Assembly (NCBI GenBank): GCA_036785375.1 | Contig: JAWMAR010000044.1 | Location: forward strand, 2,852,001 to 2,916,000 | Reading direction: 5' to 3' | Length of the DNA stretch: 64,000 nt | Origin: Leucoraja ocellata | Lineage: Eukaryota | Shown here: in pieces, positions 24,836 to 37,829 of the stretch | How positions within the stretch are numbered: the stretch's first letter is position 1 | Layout: each line of letters opens with the position of its first letter | Notes under the pieces: model-generated | Told to the model about the DNA's origin: nothing | What the model saw: only the letters and a program-made list of their open reading frames with translations | The model's database searches: none | Position numbers and translations under genes: made by a program

Positions 24836-26244
24836 CAAGGTTTCAAGGTTTCATGGTCAGTTTATTGTCACATGTACCAGTTAAGGTACAGTGAAATTTG
24901 AGTTACCATACAGCTATACTAAGTGAAAAGCAACAAGATGCACAACCACATAAAAGTTAACATAAACATCCACCACATCCCCCATCTAAACTATTTCCAT
25001 TTGCCTGTGTTTGGCCCATATGCTTCTAAATCTGTCCCATCCAGATTTTCTTGCTTGTAAAGATCAAGCTAAGGAAGAGACACAAGGAAATGCAGATGTT
25101 GGAATCTTAATCTCCCGTGGGTCTGTGGAGGAAATGGATAGATGATGTTTTGGGTTGGGACCCTTCTTCAGACTCTTCTTCAGATTTTGGAACAAGTGTA
25201 CAGATCACTGTTAGGGGATTTTATGGAAGAGAAACGGTGGAAAACACATGGCGGAAGGATATGCCTAAAATTTCTTAATGTGCAGATTGCAGCACATGCC
25301 ATAACATAATGGTGCTAGCTCAAAGGGCCAAATGGCTTCCTCCTGCAACTACTTTCTATAACACCTATTTTTTTGGTCCTTGGGATGCGAGTAACCCTGG
25401 TAACACTTTCCTAGTTGCTTGGTCTTCTGAGAAGGTGATGGGGGACATTACTTCATTCATAATTTTTTAAAAAGAGAACTAGCATTAATGGAGTTTAAAA
25501 CCATGAGAGTTTACTTGTCATATGCATTGCGAACAGTACAATAAAACTCTTACTTGCTGCTACTTTACTGCACTTTAACGTGATAAAACAATAAAGAAAA
25601 TACAATAAACAACAATACAATAAATTATCAGATATCAGTGGCATAAATTAACTGAAAATAATTTACCAGCATCATTCTATTCCAAACACATGCCCTTGAG
25701 GTTTGTTGGATAGTGTATGGGGTGATTGCTGGTCGGCGCGGACTCGGTTGTCCGAAGGGCCTGATTTCTCACTGTATCTCTAAATTAAATTAACCTAAAT
25801 AGGATATTTTTTCCTTTTGTTGTATCAGCCCAAATTACCTGCTCTATTCCTGATGTGGAGAATGAAATCACAACTACCTAACTCACATGGGAATGTTGTT
25901 ACATAAGGCAGCATGAGTAACAAACTAAACTGTACTTCTAAAAGGGACAGATTCGCTGTACCCAAGACTTAATATATTCGACACCTTTACCTGAGCATAT
26001 TAACTCATATGCAATAGCAAATAAAGAACTTGTCCTGCTTTAAGAAGCTTTAGTCTGATACTTGAACAATCATTATCGCAAAGGCTAATGATTTGTGAGC
26101 TGAAGAACGACATTCAAATCTATTTTTACACATATATGTCATTTCTTTAATATAAGGCACAATGGATTACAAATTACATTACTATTTATGCTCTTTACCA
26201 CGATATACTCCTCATTGTTAATAGAATTGGTGTGAATTTTTAAT

Positions 26245-26537
26245 GTGCGGTAGAGGTGCTGGCTTACAGCGCAGAGACCCAGGTTCGATCCTGACGATGG
26301 GTGCTGCCTGTATGGAGTTTGTACATTCTCCCTGTGCACGAGTGGGTTTTCCCCAGGTGCTCCGGTTTCTTCCCACATTCCAACAACATAAAGGTTTGTT
26401 GGTTAACTGGCTGCTGTAAAAACTGTAAATTGTCCCTTGTGTGTAGGATAGTGCTGGAGTACAGGGATCGCAGATTGGCACGGATTCGGTGGGCCGAAGG
26501 GCCTGTTTCCATGCTGTAACTTTAAACCAAACTAAAA
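26245..26537 (+). mobile_element. HE1/V-SINE
   Basis: Head, V-domain and tail. Confidence 0.85.
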
Positions 26538-26809
26538 TAGGAACGGAGTTATGATTCATTGTGTTAAATCAAGTCAAGTTTATTGTCTTAGGCACAAGTA
26601 CAGTGAGATACAGGTGCAATGAAAAATCTTGCCTGCAGCGGCATCATATACTCAGTCAAATACACACAAAGAATTATGCAGATACTAAACAGAAATGATA
26701 CAGAAAATGACACAGAAAATTTCCAAGAACAAGAAGACTGTGCAAACAAAATAAGACTTTACTGCAAAAACATATTTTAGAGGGGGAAAACAAATTAAGT
26801 CCATGGTAA

Positions 26810-27078
26810 AGCCCCTGTCCCACGATGCAAGTTTGCCCAAGAGCTCTCCCGAGTTAAAAAAAAATCAAACTCGTGGTACTTCATCACCAGTATTTTTTTA
26901 CTCTTGGAAATTTTTCACACTGTTGATAAAACTTCACGAGTTACCGCGTTTCCCGAGTACCTGCTGTTAGCATTACGAGCCGCTACGAGACATCCACGAG
27001 CTCCGACGTACCCGCTACGTACATTCTACGTACTTACCACGAGTTTGATTTTTTTTTTAAACTCGGAAGACAGGGGCT
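26810..27078. mobile_element. PIF/Harbinger-like MITE
   Basis: TIRs agcccctgtc / gacaggggct, long subterminal inverted repeat ccgagtt(a)9tcaaactcgtggta, flanks taa / gaa. Confidence 0.75.
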
Positions 27079-28760
27079 GAAGGCAAAATGGGCCATAATG
27101 TTCCATGGTCAATATGGGATTAGGGTTTTGCATATTGATTCAAGAACCTGATATCTGTAGGAAAGGAGCTGTTCCTTAACCTGGTCGTGCAAGACTTCAG
27201 ACTTTTCTACCTCAGCAGTATTCACAAATTTATGGATGCTAATATATTTGAGTTCAAAAATTGTTGAAAGAATGAAACAGCTTGCATTGGAAAGCCTTTG
27301 TTACATGACCTAAACAGATGGAACTTTGATGCCGATAACTTTAACCATCTTATTCTGCTGAGGAAGAGGAATACAATGAGGAAACAATTTAACTGAGTGC
27401 CTTTAAATTATAAATGCTTCTTCAGGTTGTTTGGTTGCTAAAACAATAATTGTATGTTGCATGAAAATGATATAGTTGTGTAAAGAGTGATTTACAATTT
27501 TGTTCAAGTTGAACAGCAGTAGTAAGAAAGAGAAGGAGGATTGAAATGACCTTCCTTCAAAGGATCAGACATTAGTGGAAATGCCTGAGATAAGGCGAGA
27601 TCGTATCCACGGTCATTACAATGTTTTACCACAGGGAAGCATAAATTACAGTCTTTTTACAGCACAGCAGTATTTTGTTTTCAGGTTATTATCCTAAATA
27701 CTCATAAAACAAGGGCCTGCCTTAATACAGCTATAAATACAGATAGATATTGTAGTTAGAGCATTCATAACTTTTTCTGTCACATTGACCATGAATTTTG
27801 TTCGTTTTATTATTAGAATAAGGTGCCAATCTGCCAGATTATTATGCTACTGTATCTATAGTTCTCCCTTGATTTAATCCACAAGCAAAAGGTGGATAGG
27901 CGATGGATTCTGGTGCAGCTCAGCTACTATAACGTAATAAAGGTACAACAGCCATCCGACAATAAAGAAATAGTCTTTCATTTACTGGCTGCTGGGTTTG
28001 GTGGTGCAGTAAATGGTGGTATCTGCATACACATTGAAGTTTTTTCTACTCTTTGCCGAGATGGATTCTACATAGATGCATAGACAATAGGTGCAGGAGT
28101 GGACCATTCGGCCCTTTGAGCCAGCACCGCCATTCAATGTGATCATGGCTGATCATCTACAATCAGTACCCCGTTCCTGTCTTCTCCCCATACCCCTTGA
28201 TTCTGCTAGCCCTAAGAGCTCTATCTTACTCCCTTTTGAATGCATCCAGTGAATCAGCCTCCACTGCCTTCAGAGGCAGAGAATTCCACAAATTCACAAC
28301 TGTGTGAAAAAGCTCTTCCTCATCTCAGTTCTAAATGGCCTACCCCTTATTCTTAAACTGTGGCCCCTGGTTTTGGACTCCCCCAACATCGGGAACATGT
28401 TTCCTGCATCTAGCGTGTCCAATTCATTAATAATTTATTTTTTATTTTAATGAGCCCCTCTCATCCATCTAAATTCCAGTGACTACAAGCCCAGTCGCTC
28501 CATTCTTTCATCATTTGTCAGTCCCGCCATCCTGGGAATTAACCTCGTGAACCTACACTACACTTCCTCAATAGTAAGAATGTCCTTCCTCAAATTAGGA
28601 GACCAAAACTGTACACAATACTCCAGGTGAGATCTCACCAGGGCCCTGTACAACTGCAGAAGAACCTCTTTGCTCCTATACTCAACTCCTCTAGTTATGA
28701 AGGCCAACATGCCATTAGCTTTCTTCACTGCCTGTTGTAACTGTATGCTTACTTTCAGTG

Positions 28761-28878
28761 TTTAAGAAGGAACTGCAGATGCTGGAAAATCGAAGGTACA
28801 CAAAAATGCTGGAGAAACTCAGCGGGTGCAGCAGCATCTATGGAGCGAAGGAAATAGGCAACGTTTCGGGCCGAAACC
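28761..28878 (-). mobile_element. Penelope-derived unit inserted in CR1, truncated inside the hammerhead
   Basis: TSD cttactttcagtg at 28748-28760 / 28879-28891. Near-identical to 15608-15738. Confidence 0.85.
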
Positions 28879-29302
28879 CTTACTTTCAGTGACTGATGTA
28901 CTAGGACACTCGGGTCTCGTTGTCCTGGGTTTCCCTTCCTAATCTGGCACCCTTCCCCTTTTCCTAACCTGACACCATTCAGATAATTATCTGCCTTTCC
29001 GTTCTTGCTTCCAAATTGGATAACCTTACATTTATCCACATTAAACTGCATCTGCCATGCATCTGCCCACTCACCCAACCTGTCCAAGTCACTGCATCCT
29101 CATAGCATCCTCATAGCATCCTCTTCACAGTTCACACTGCCACCAGGCTTAGCGACATCTGCAAATTTGCTAATGTTACTTTTAATTCCTTCATCTAAAT
29201 TATTACTGTATATTGTAAATAGCTGCGGTCCCAGCACCGAGCCTTGCGGCACCCCACCAGTCACTGCCTGCCATTCTGAAGTGACCCTTTAATCCCTACT
29301 CT

Positions 29303-30155
29303 TCAATCAATCAATCAATCAGTTTTATTAGTCACATTACACATAAAGTGCAAGTGAAATGAATTTGTCAGCAGCGGTACAATGATAAAGAACACACAAA
29401 AACACAATAACAATTTAACACAAACATCTACCACAGCATTCATCACTGTGGTGGAAGGCACAAAATTTGGCCAGTCCTCCTCCATTTCCCCCCGTGGTCA
29501 GGACCAGAGTCAGTCCAGGATCAGCTCTTCCCCACCGGAGAGCGCGGCTTTAGGTTGGTGTAGGCCGCAGGCCGGCGGTCGAAGATTTAAAGTTCCCGCC
29601 GCAGCCAGAAGCACCGCAGACCGCAGGGCCGGCGGTCGAAGCTCCCCTCTAGGGGTGATGGTAAGTCCACGCTGGGTCCGCGGTAGAAGTTGGCCGCGGG
29701 CCGGGCGATGGAGCTTCTTCCCCCGGATCCCCCAAGAGGGATCCCGGGCTGTAGACGCCGCGCCAGCTGGAGCTCTGCAGACCGCGGCTTCAGGCTGCCG
29801 GCTGCCGCGGGCCAGCGAAATGGAGCGCTCCCCTCCAGCGAGCCCCAGCGAGGGCTCGCCCGCGCCACACCGAGAGTCCACGCTGCGCCCGCTGCTGAAG
29901 CCCCAGGCGCGTCTTCGGGAAAGGCCGCCTGATCCTCATTGTTAGGCCACGGGGGAGGCGACCTTGAAAAAGTTGCCTCTGCATGGAGGAGGCGACCAAA
30001 CCGGTTTCCCCCTCACCCCCCCACACCACCCCCCACACAATACACACAAAGAAACACAAAAAACATACTTTAAAACATACTAAAAAAAACAAAAAAAATT
30101 GGGGGAAAAAACGGACACGCTGCTGACAGGGCGCTGGCTTGCAGCGCCCCCACCG
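29303..30155 (-). mobile_element. GC/CpG-rich non-autonomous element with Rex1-like 3' tail
   Basis: (TTGA)n tail with aataaa, CpG-rich core 29490-30000, 5' hairpin gggcgctg/cagcgccc. Second copy at 60579-60975. Confidence 0.7.
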
Positions 30156-30720
30156 ACTTTGTTTCCAGTCTGCCAACCAATTTTCTATCCATGCAATACG
30201 CTACCCTCAATACCATGTCCTCTAATTTTGCCCACTAATCTCCTGTGTGGGACCTTATCAAATGCTTTCCGAGTCCAGGTACACTACATCCACTGGCTCT
30301 CCCTTGTCCAATTTACTTGTTACATCCTCAAAAATTCCAGAAGATTTGTCAAGCATGATTTCCCCTTTGTAAATTCATGTTGACCCGGACTGATCCTGTT
30401 ACTGCTATCCAAATGCGCCGCTATTACATATTTGATAATCGACTCCACCACTGATGTCAGACTAACTGGTCTATAATTCCCTGCCTTCTCTTTCCCTCCT
30501 TTGTTGAAAAGTGGGATAACATTAGCTACCCTCCAAACCACAGGAACTGATCTAGAATCTATAGAACATAAAAAATGATCAACAATGCGTCCACGATTTC
30601 TAGAGCCATCTCCTTATGTACCCTGGATGCAGACCATTACGCCATTGGAATTTATCAGCCTTCAGTCCCATCAGTCTACCCAACACCATTTCTTGACTAT
30701 ACCTAAACTAGCTTCAATGA

Positions 30721-30851
30721 AATGTAGTCTGAAGAAGGGTCTCCACCCAAAACATCACTTCAGTCAGCAGAGGGTCTCGACCCAAAACGTCACCTATTCT
30801 TTTTCTCCAGAGATGCTGCCTGACCCGTTGAGTTATTCCAGCATTTTGTGT
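30721..30851 (+). mobile_element. Penelope-derived unit with two tandem degenerate hammerhead cores
   Basis: Flanking direct repeat ctagcttcaatga at 30708-30720 / 30852-30864. Confidence 0.8.
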
Positions 30852-32429
30852 CTAGCTTCAATGACGCACACCTTTGTTTAATCTGCTTCAGGTTATGAAT
30901 CACCAATGAGGGTCAATTAGTCAATTTAGCTCCAAAATTAGTACTTCCCGAATTTTCCACAATTATTTATCAGTATATTATTGAAGCTATTACCATATCA
31001 TTGTATATATATATCATTACTATATCAGACCACGTGGCCATCAGAATGTGCATATTTAGCAACCATATTCCATAGATTGAATCCTGGATGTGACTTGAAG
31101 GTGTCCTTTATTCAATGGCAGCTTGCATATCCAAATGCTTACTGCACTGATTTGAAAAAATGAGTGAAATAATCAGATCTACTCTATCCCAACATGCTTC
31201 TTCTCAAGGCCTGAATCTGATACACTTTCAGCTGTCCTTGCTCCATTAAAAAAAATGGGAAAGTTAGACTGAGCTATTTTGTCTGGAGATTTTTTTGAAT
31301 AAATAAAGATGGAAAAGAATTAGGGACACATGACAAGCAATAATTTGGAATTGCAATTTATGCTTCAGCCTTTTGTCAAATATGTCCTATTGGTATGGGT
31401 TTAAAATTCATGATTTAATATACTGTATTATGTATTGTTAATTGCATAATAAGTACGACAATTTGTAACAGCATTTTAACTCATTATTAAATGCTGGAAT
31501 ATTAATAACTAGGATATATATGCAATGTTTGATGTTTTGAAACTGGCTACAATGATTTTGTATAGTTTATGATTATGTGACATATTTATGAGGCAATATT
31601 AATATTGCATCGATGGAAACTACATTATATCCAACATTTTTTTACGATTTACCTGGCATGAACAAAACTGCTGGCTACAAATGCTCTCCCTCACTCTAAC
31701 TTGTAGTGGAATGCATGGTTGCTTTTCATGCTGCCAAAGGATTTAAAAAAATCATTCTAAGTTGCTTTGAAATTGTTTTATATGGTTTATTCTATTGAGG
31801 TCATTCAGCCAAGTCTTGTAATCCTCTTGATTAAAGAAATTATTGTGGCCATATTTGCAATAGATTTGCAATTTTTTTAACACAGATTTTTCTTTGCCAT
31901 CTCTTTAACTAAGCTGAGAGATTTATGCTCCAAGTTGAGTATTTTATGTGTTTGGTCGTGGTGCTTTGGTATTCTATCACTGATGGAAACTTAGGTCTGC
32001 CTTGTTAGGAAAGTTTAATGTGAATGATTTCTCAATGTTCCATTTAATGGATTTGTTATTGTGAGCTGAAGTATGAAATAAAACAGTGGTAAACCGTATA
32101 TCTGGCATTTATAGAAACACAGCATCAGACAGCGGAGAGCAGGTCCAATCCTCTTGTGATGTCTTTGCCAGCTCCTTGAAAAAGCTAACCAATTAGTCCC
32201 ACTCTTCTGCTCTTTATCCAGAACCCCAGATACTTTTCCATCGATATATCTGTCCTTTTGAAAATTATCACTAAATATACATTCCCTGCCCTTTCAAGAC
32301 AATGCATTTCAGATCAGTATAACTTGTTTTGTGAAAATAATTCTCATTTTTCTCTTGCATTTCTTCCTCATTATTTTTACTTCCATTTATTTAATAACCA
32401 AATACATTGTGGTTCCTCTGAGATATTAG

Positions 32430-32659
32430 CTTGTGTCCAAGATGGCTGTCGGAAGGGAGAGTGTACGCTGGCGCGGTTTAGCTGCCGCTGCTCTCTCTTC
32501 ACATTGTGTTTTTGATTTTTTGTCTTTGGAGCAAATTCTGTCTTTAATTTGTGTATTGGTGATGTCCTTATTATTTATTTTACTCCGACTATATGTTTTT
32601 TCTCTCTTGTTAATTTCTGTAAGGTGTCCTTGAGACTTTGAAAGGCGCCCGCAAATAAA

Positions 32660-32698
<39 letters not shown>
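32430..32698 (+). mobile_element. L2-tailed non-autonomous element
   Basis: 5' ccaagatggc; 3' tgtaaggtgtccttgagactttgaaaggcgcccgcaaataaaat followed by (TTA)n. Confidence 0.7.
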
Positions 32699-32700
<2 letters not shown>

Positions 32701-33159
32701 TTCCAATATTACAACAGTTAGCATTATTTAAAAATGTATGTATTACGTAAAAACCTTTGGGGCATTCTAAGCCCATGAGTATTTTATTTAAAAAAAATCA
32801 TTTATGTATTTATTTACAATAATAAAACTATTGTTTATAGATTGTAAACTTGTTTTAGTTTTTTAAATTGTAGCAGTCATTTTGTGCGGAATTAGGGTGA
32901 AGCGCAGATAAAGATCAACTGGAGCAAGGGAGGATTTATCTTAAAGGATAACTCCCAGATTTCAATTGTATCCAGAAATTAAAAATGGGACAGCGCTGAT
33001 AACTTGGATTATTTTGCTTTTAGCCTGGAAAGATGCAATCAATTAATCCGTAACTTGAAGGACAGCAGGGTGAATTGTTGAACTTCCTATTTCAGCCAGC
33101 ACCCTGAAAATAGCGGATGATGATAAAATGGCCATTGCCACTGTCTACGTTAGTTAAGA

Positions 33160-33468
33160 TTAATTTAGTTTAGTTTAGAGATACAGCATGGAAACATGCC
33201 TTTTGGCCCACAGAGTCCTTGCCGACCAGCGATCACAGCACACTAACACTTTCCTAGACTAGGGACAATTTACAATTTTACCAACGTCAATTAACCTACA
33301 AACCTGCAGGTCTTTGGACTTTGGGAGGAAACCGGAGCAGCCGGAGAAAACCCACACAGGTCATGGGGAGAATGTACAAAATCCGTACAGACAACACCTG
33401 TAGTCAGGATCAAACATGGGTCTCGGGCGCTGTAAGGCAGCGACTCTACCTCTGCGCCACTGTGCTGC
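33160..33468 (-). mobile_element. HE1/V-SINE
   Basis: Head, V-domain and tail. Confidence 0.85.
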
Positions 33469-34027
33469 ACCAGTTCATTGTAGCCCAATGGTAATCTTGT
33501 CTGACATTACCACAGTGGCCAGATAGCTTCCTTGGGTCAGGCAGAAGTCCAATTTAAGTTGCTGATCAGTGCCTTTGGTTTGATCACATCAATTTTATCT
33601 GGATCATGTGCCCTGCATGCACTGGCCATTGCAAAAGAAACAGGGGAAGTCCCCAGTGGCTCGTTGAGTCTGCTCCACCCTTCAGTGAGGTCATGGCTGA
33701 TATATAAACTGACTCCAAACACCTGCCTTAACCACAGACCCTCCCCCATCCTTTGAATATATTTGGTTATAATAAATTATCACTCAGATTTAAAAATTAA
33801 AAATTACAATTTTCATGTGTGTTTTGAAACTTCAACTCTGAAATGTCTGGTTCTGTTTTAGATTCCCCCCCCTATTTTACAAAGGTAATTAGCAGACATT
33901 GTTCTCTGCAGTTATCTAATCAAATCCCCTTAATATCTTTAAAGGGTCCAAAATATCCCGCACTCCCTATTTAAAATCATATGTCTGCCCCTTGCTTGAC
34001 CTCATCTGCCTCCTCCAGTTCATTAGT

Positions 34028-34352
34028 GTAGAGATACAGCATGAAAACAGGCCCTTTGGCCCACCGTGTCAATGCCAACCACATGTCTATGTCGCCCGTT
34101 CACACTAGTTCTATGTTTTCCCTCTTTCACATCCACTCCCTGCACATAGGGAGTAATTTCACACAAGCCAATTAACTTAATAATCCACATATTTTAGGGA
34201 TGTGGGAGAAAACCAGAGCACCTGCAGGAAACCCACGTGGTCACAGTTGAGAAAGTGCAAATCCACACAGACAGCACCCGAGGTCAGGATCGAACCTGGG
34301 TCTCTGGTGCCGTGAGGCACCAACTCTACCAGATGCACCACTGTGCCGCCCT
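34028..34352 (-). mobile_element. HE1/V-SINE
   Basis: Head, V-domain and tail. Confidence 0.85.
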
Positions 34353-35020
34353 GTTACTTCTTACATACTCTCTCAGTGCCTGGACATGAGCTAGACTATC
34401 CTATATTGAGACACCACCTGGGCACTGAGTTGATCTTAGAAGCTCAGTCTATTGCTGTTGCCTTCTGGTCTTGTCTAATGGAAGCCAGGCTGCCAGCGCT
34501 ATGATTGCTGGCAACCGTGATAGGGAAAATCCACCCTTTGTTTCTGAAGATCATTCTTTCACAAAGTACTGAAGTAATAGGTGTTTAGAAACTATAAACA
34601 GCAATTAGTAGGCTGTTAAAAAATATTTTCTTTTGCTTAAACCTGTCAAATTCGCGATCAAAGCTGTCTGTGAGTTAAAGTAAGCACAGGTGGGCTTTCA
34701 CAAGTGTGATATTAGTCAACCTAAATTATTATCGCAATTACAGCAGAAAGCAACGATATTGAATGCATGCAAGTGTACAATACCTTTAGTTTATTCAACA
34801 TGCCAAGGCACTTAACAGACATTTAATGGGGGGGAAAATAGACCAACCAAAGTAGACAATAAAATCAGAAAATGCTGGAAATACTCAGTGGGTTTAGCAG
34901 CATCTACAGATGATGGAAAGCCCTTCAACAGATTTTAATTTTCATTTCCAAGCTAAAGTGTACATTAGAAGGAGCCACATAGATTTACATGGAATCTACA
35001 GTGCTGAAACAGACATCATT

Positions 35021-35106
35021 TGTCTGAAGAAGAGTCCCGACCCTAAACCTTGCCTGTCCATTCCCTCCATTGAGCCGTTGAGTTTCCAGCACTTTGTGTT
35101 CTGCTC
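35021..35106 (+). mobile_element. Penelope-derived unit with degenerate hammerhead
   Basis: gtctgaagaagagtcccgaccctaaaccttgcc...gagtttccagcactttgtgt. Confidence 0.65.
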
Positions 35107-35349
35107 CAAAACCAATTAGTCTATTGGGGTTTTACTCAAATCACTCTCTCACACACTAATGAACTTTTCCCAGACTGGTCCCATATTCATCTTTACCTTT
35201 CTCTCTTTCTCTCTGTCTCCGTTTCTCTATCTCTCGCTCTGTATTTCTGTCAGTCTGTCTCTCTGTCACTGTCACTCTCCCTCTCCCTCTCTCTCTCTCC
35301 CTCTCGCATGCTCTCAGTCTGTCTCGTTCTTTCTCCCTCTCTCTTGATG

Positions 35350-35536
35350 NNNNNNNNNNNNNNNNNNNNNNNNNNNNNNNNNNNNNNNNNNNNNNNNNNN
35401 NNNNNNNNNNNNNNNNNNNNNNNNNNNNNNNNNNNNNNNNNNNNNNNNNNNNNNNNNNNNNNNNNNNNNNNNNNNNNNNNNNNNNNNNNNNNNNNNNNNN
35501 NNNNNNNNNNNNNNNNNNNNNNNNNNNNNNNNNNNN
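35350..35536. other. Assembly gap within CT-rich simple repeat
   Basis: Run of N. Confidence 1.
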
Positions 35537-36210
35537 ATCCTGGACAGTATGTGCTGCCAGGGTATGCAGATGGTATGACTGTGACTCTCTGCAAGAGGTG
35601 CCCGTCTTTCACCAAAATATCTCTCTCTTTCTACCTGTCTCTCCTTCTCTCTGTCCCTCTCTGTCTGTCCTTGCTGTATTTAACAAGATGCATCTTTAAT
35701 GTTTCAACACCATTTTATGCAAGGGTGACTTCCACATTTTAACCACACTATCTGTAAAGAAATATTTCCTAAATTCTTTATTTGATCCATCGGTGATTAG
35801 CTAAAATCGATTATTCATGTCCGACATCAAATACATTCATAACTATGAAGATGTCTCACAGTCCTCAGCTCTCCTGGGAAGTATGCTTCAATTTGCTCCA
35901 TGTTACATTATTACTGCTTTAATTCTAAGCAATCAAAAAGGGGGATTATTTTTATGGGCTTTGAAGAATGTGATGTAAGTAACGAGTTTCGTAAGGAGGT
36001 TGCAATGATGTAGCCCGAGACAGCAGTAGACATGCTACCAACACTGGGACATATGGTATAAAGGATTGACAACAGATGAGAGTGGATAGAAGCTCTGTGG
36101 GACGAGGAGTTATGAACATGTTTCAGTTTAAACATTACAATGAGCATTTTAAATTGAAGAGACTGGGTGACTGGGAGCCAAGTAGGTTGGTTGGTAAGTG
36201 GTGAAGAAGG

Positions 36211-36440
36211 ACTGATGACGGGTCCAGACCCGAAACATGCATCAGAGGTTATGGGCAGAAGGCAGGAGAATATGGTTAGGAGGGAGAGATAGATCAGCCA
36301 TGATTGAATGATGGAGTAGATTTGATGGGTCGAATGGCCTAATTCTACTCCTATCACTCATGACCTTATGAACATCACTTATCCTTGTTCTACGGGGATG
36401 TTGCCTGACCCGCTGAGTTACTCCAGCGATTTTGTGTGGT
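36211..36440 (+). mobile_element. Penelope-derived hammerhead unit split by a CR1 3' end
   Basis: CTGATGAcGGGTccagACCCGAAACAT [CR1 tail 36239-36370] aacatCactt...; duplicated aacat. Confidence 0.75.
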
Positions 36441-36554
36441 TTTATAGTTAGTAAGTGGGTCCAGTTGCAGAATAAAATCCACAGATATTTTGACATCTGG
36501 AAGTTTTGAGAGGAAGTTAATAGGAATGGTCCAGGATTGTTTAATGACCGGTAA

Positions 36555-36933
36555 AGGGGCTGTCCCACTTGGGCAACCTAATTGGCGAGTTTAGAAGAGT
36601 TTGAAAAAATGACATGTTGAAGACCTTCGACTATGTAGAAGACCTCCTTCGACCTCCTTTAACTATGTTGAAGACTAGCTTCGACTATGTTGAAGACTAG
36701 CTTTGACTAGCTACCACTAACTTCAGGAAAATTGGACACCGAATAGTGGAGAGTGAAGACAACCTCCTTCGACCTCCCTTTGACTATCCAATGAAGACTA
36801 TCCACGACTACCCTCGACTACCCTCGATTACCTACGACTAACATGATGACCTACTACGACCTACTATGACTAAACCCATTAGGGGCGCAAAGTCTCCAGA
36901 GGTTTCCATTCAGGTTTCCTAAGTGGGACAGGG
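36555..36933. mobile_element. PIF/Harbinger-like MITE
   Basis: taa followed by aggggctgtcccactt ... aagtgggacaggg; internal (cgacta)-like repeats. Confidence 0.7.
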
Positions 36934-37829
36934 ACACAAGTCCATAAGTTTTGGGAGCAGAATTAGGCCATTCGGCCCATCAAGTCGGCTCTGCCTTTTA
37001 ATCATGGCTGATCTATCTTTCCCTCTCAAGCCCATTCTCCTGCCTTCTTCCCATAAGCCCTGACACCCTTACTAATCAACAACTCTCCTTACTCATATTG
37101 TTCCTTTGATTTCCTCTGGGTGAATAAGCTAGCCATTTAGAGGTTTACATACTGACCATATCAAACTTGACTTCATAATTGCATGAATATTTTTCTGCTC
37201 TATACTCAGGCTGATATGAATACTACTCTCACTAAATGTTACTGTTTAGTTTTAATTTCTTCTACTTTGCTCTCTTTTTTTCCATTGCCTAGAAGATTAA
37301 TCTACTAACCTTTCCTCTCATAATTGAGCAGAGGCCAAGGTAGCCATGTTGTTCACTTAAGCACTCTTTTGGCATTGTGATTTATATTTGTTTGAGGCCA
37401 GGAAATCTGAAACCCATAAATTGATTGTGGTGTCATACAGGATCCATTAGGCTAGCCCTCAAAGCCAGCATAACTCCTTCATCCTACTCTGCAGCGAGGG
37501 CACTTAATTAGGTCATAATAACTCTGCTGGCTTAATGCCGTAAGACTATATTAGCAGTTAAATGACAAGCTATTTTTATTATGGCTCACAAATTTTATTG
37601 CAGATATATTGGAGGCAGCTTTTATATTAAATACACATGAGATGGCTGGCACGAACAACATTGTATATGATGTTTTAAATTGGTACAAAATAAACTATAC
37701 TTACACAGCATGAAGGCATATTATTGGGCATAGGTGTACAAAAGAGGGTAAGCTTCTTAATGTTTAAGGTCCAAAATATTTTTGAGATACTTAAATAGTG
37801 CCCTGGTGCACGGATTTAAAGAATGTAGC

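Larger units (their letters stand above)
28080..30700 (-). mobile_element. Large CR1/HER1 LINE ORF2 fragment with nested insertions
   Basis: WRVANVIPLFNKGGKEKAGNYRPVSLTSVV...KGKSCLTNLLEF and DRLGEWADAWQMQFNVDKC; 3' tail near 28080. Confidence 0.9.

Noticed and set aside
30100-30155. Possible third HDV ribozyme at the 5' end of the GC-rich element
   Set aside because: Only a simple hairpin; no P3/L3 or P2 pseudoknot could be assigned
29382-30176. Several long overlapping ORFs (up to 187 aa)
   Set aside because: They result from stop-codon scarcity in a GC-rich repeat that recurs at 60.6 kb; no recognisable domain
36600-36875. Repeated short motifs resembling a CRISPR-like array (also 1150-1420 and 56321-56413)
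   Set aside because: Degenerate tandem repeats without unique spacers, in eukaryotic DNA with no cas genes
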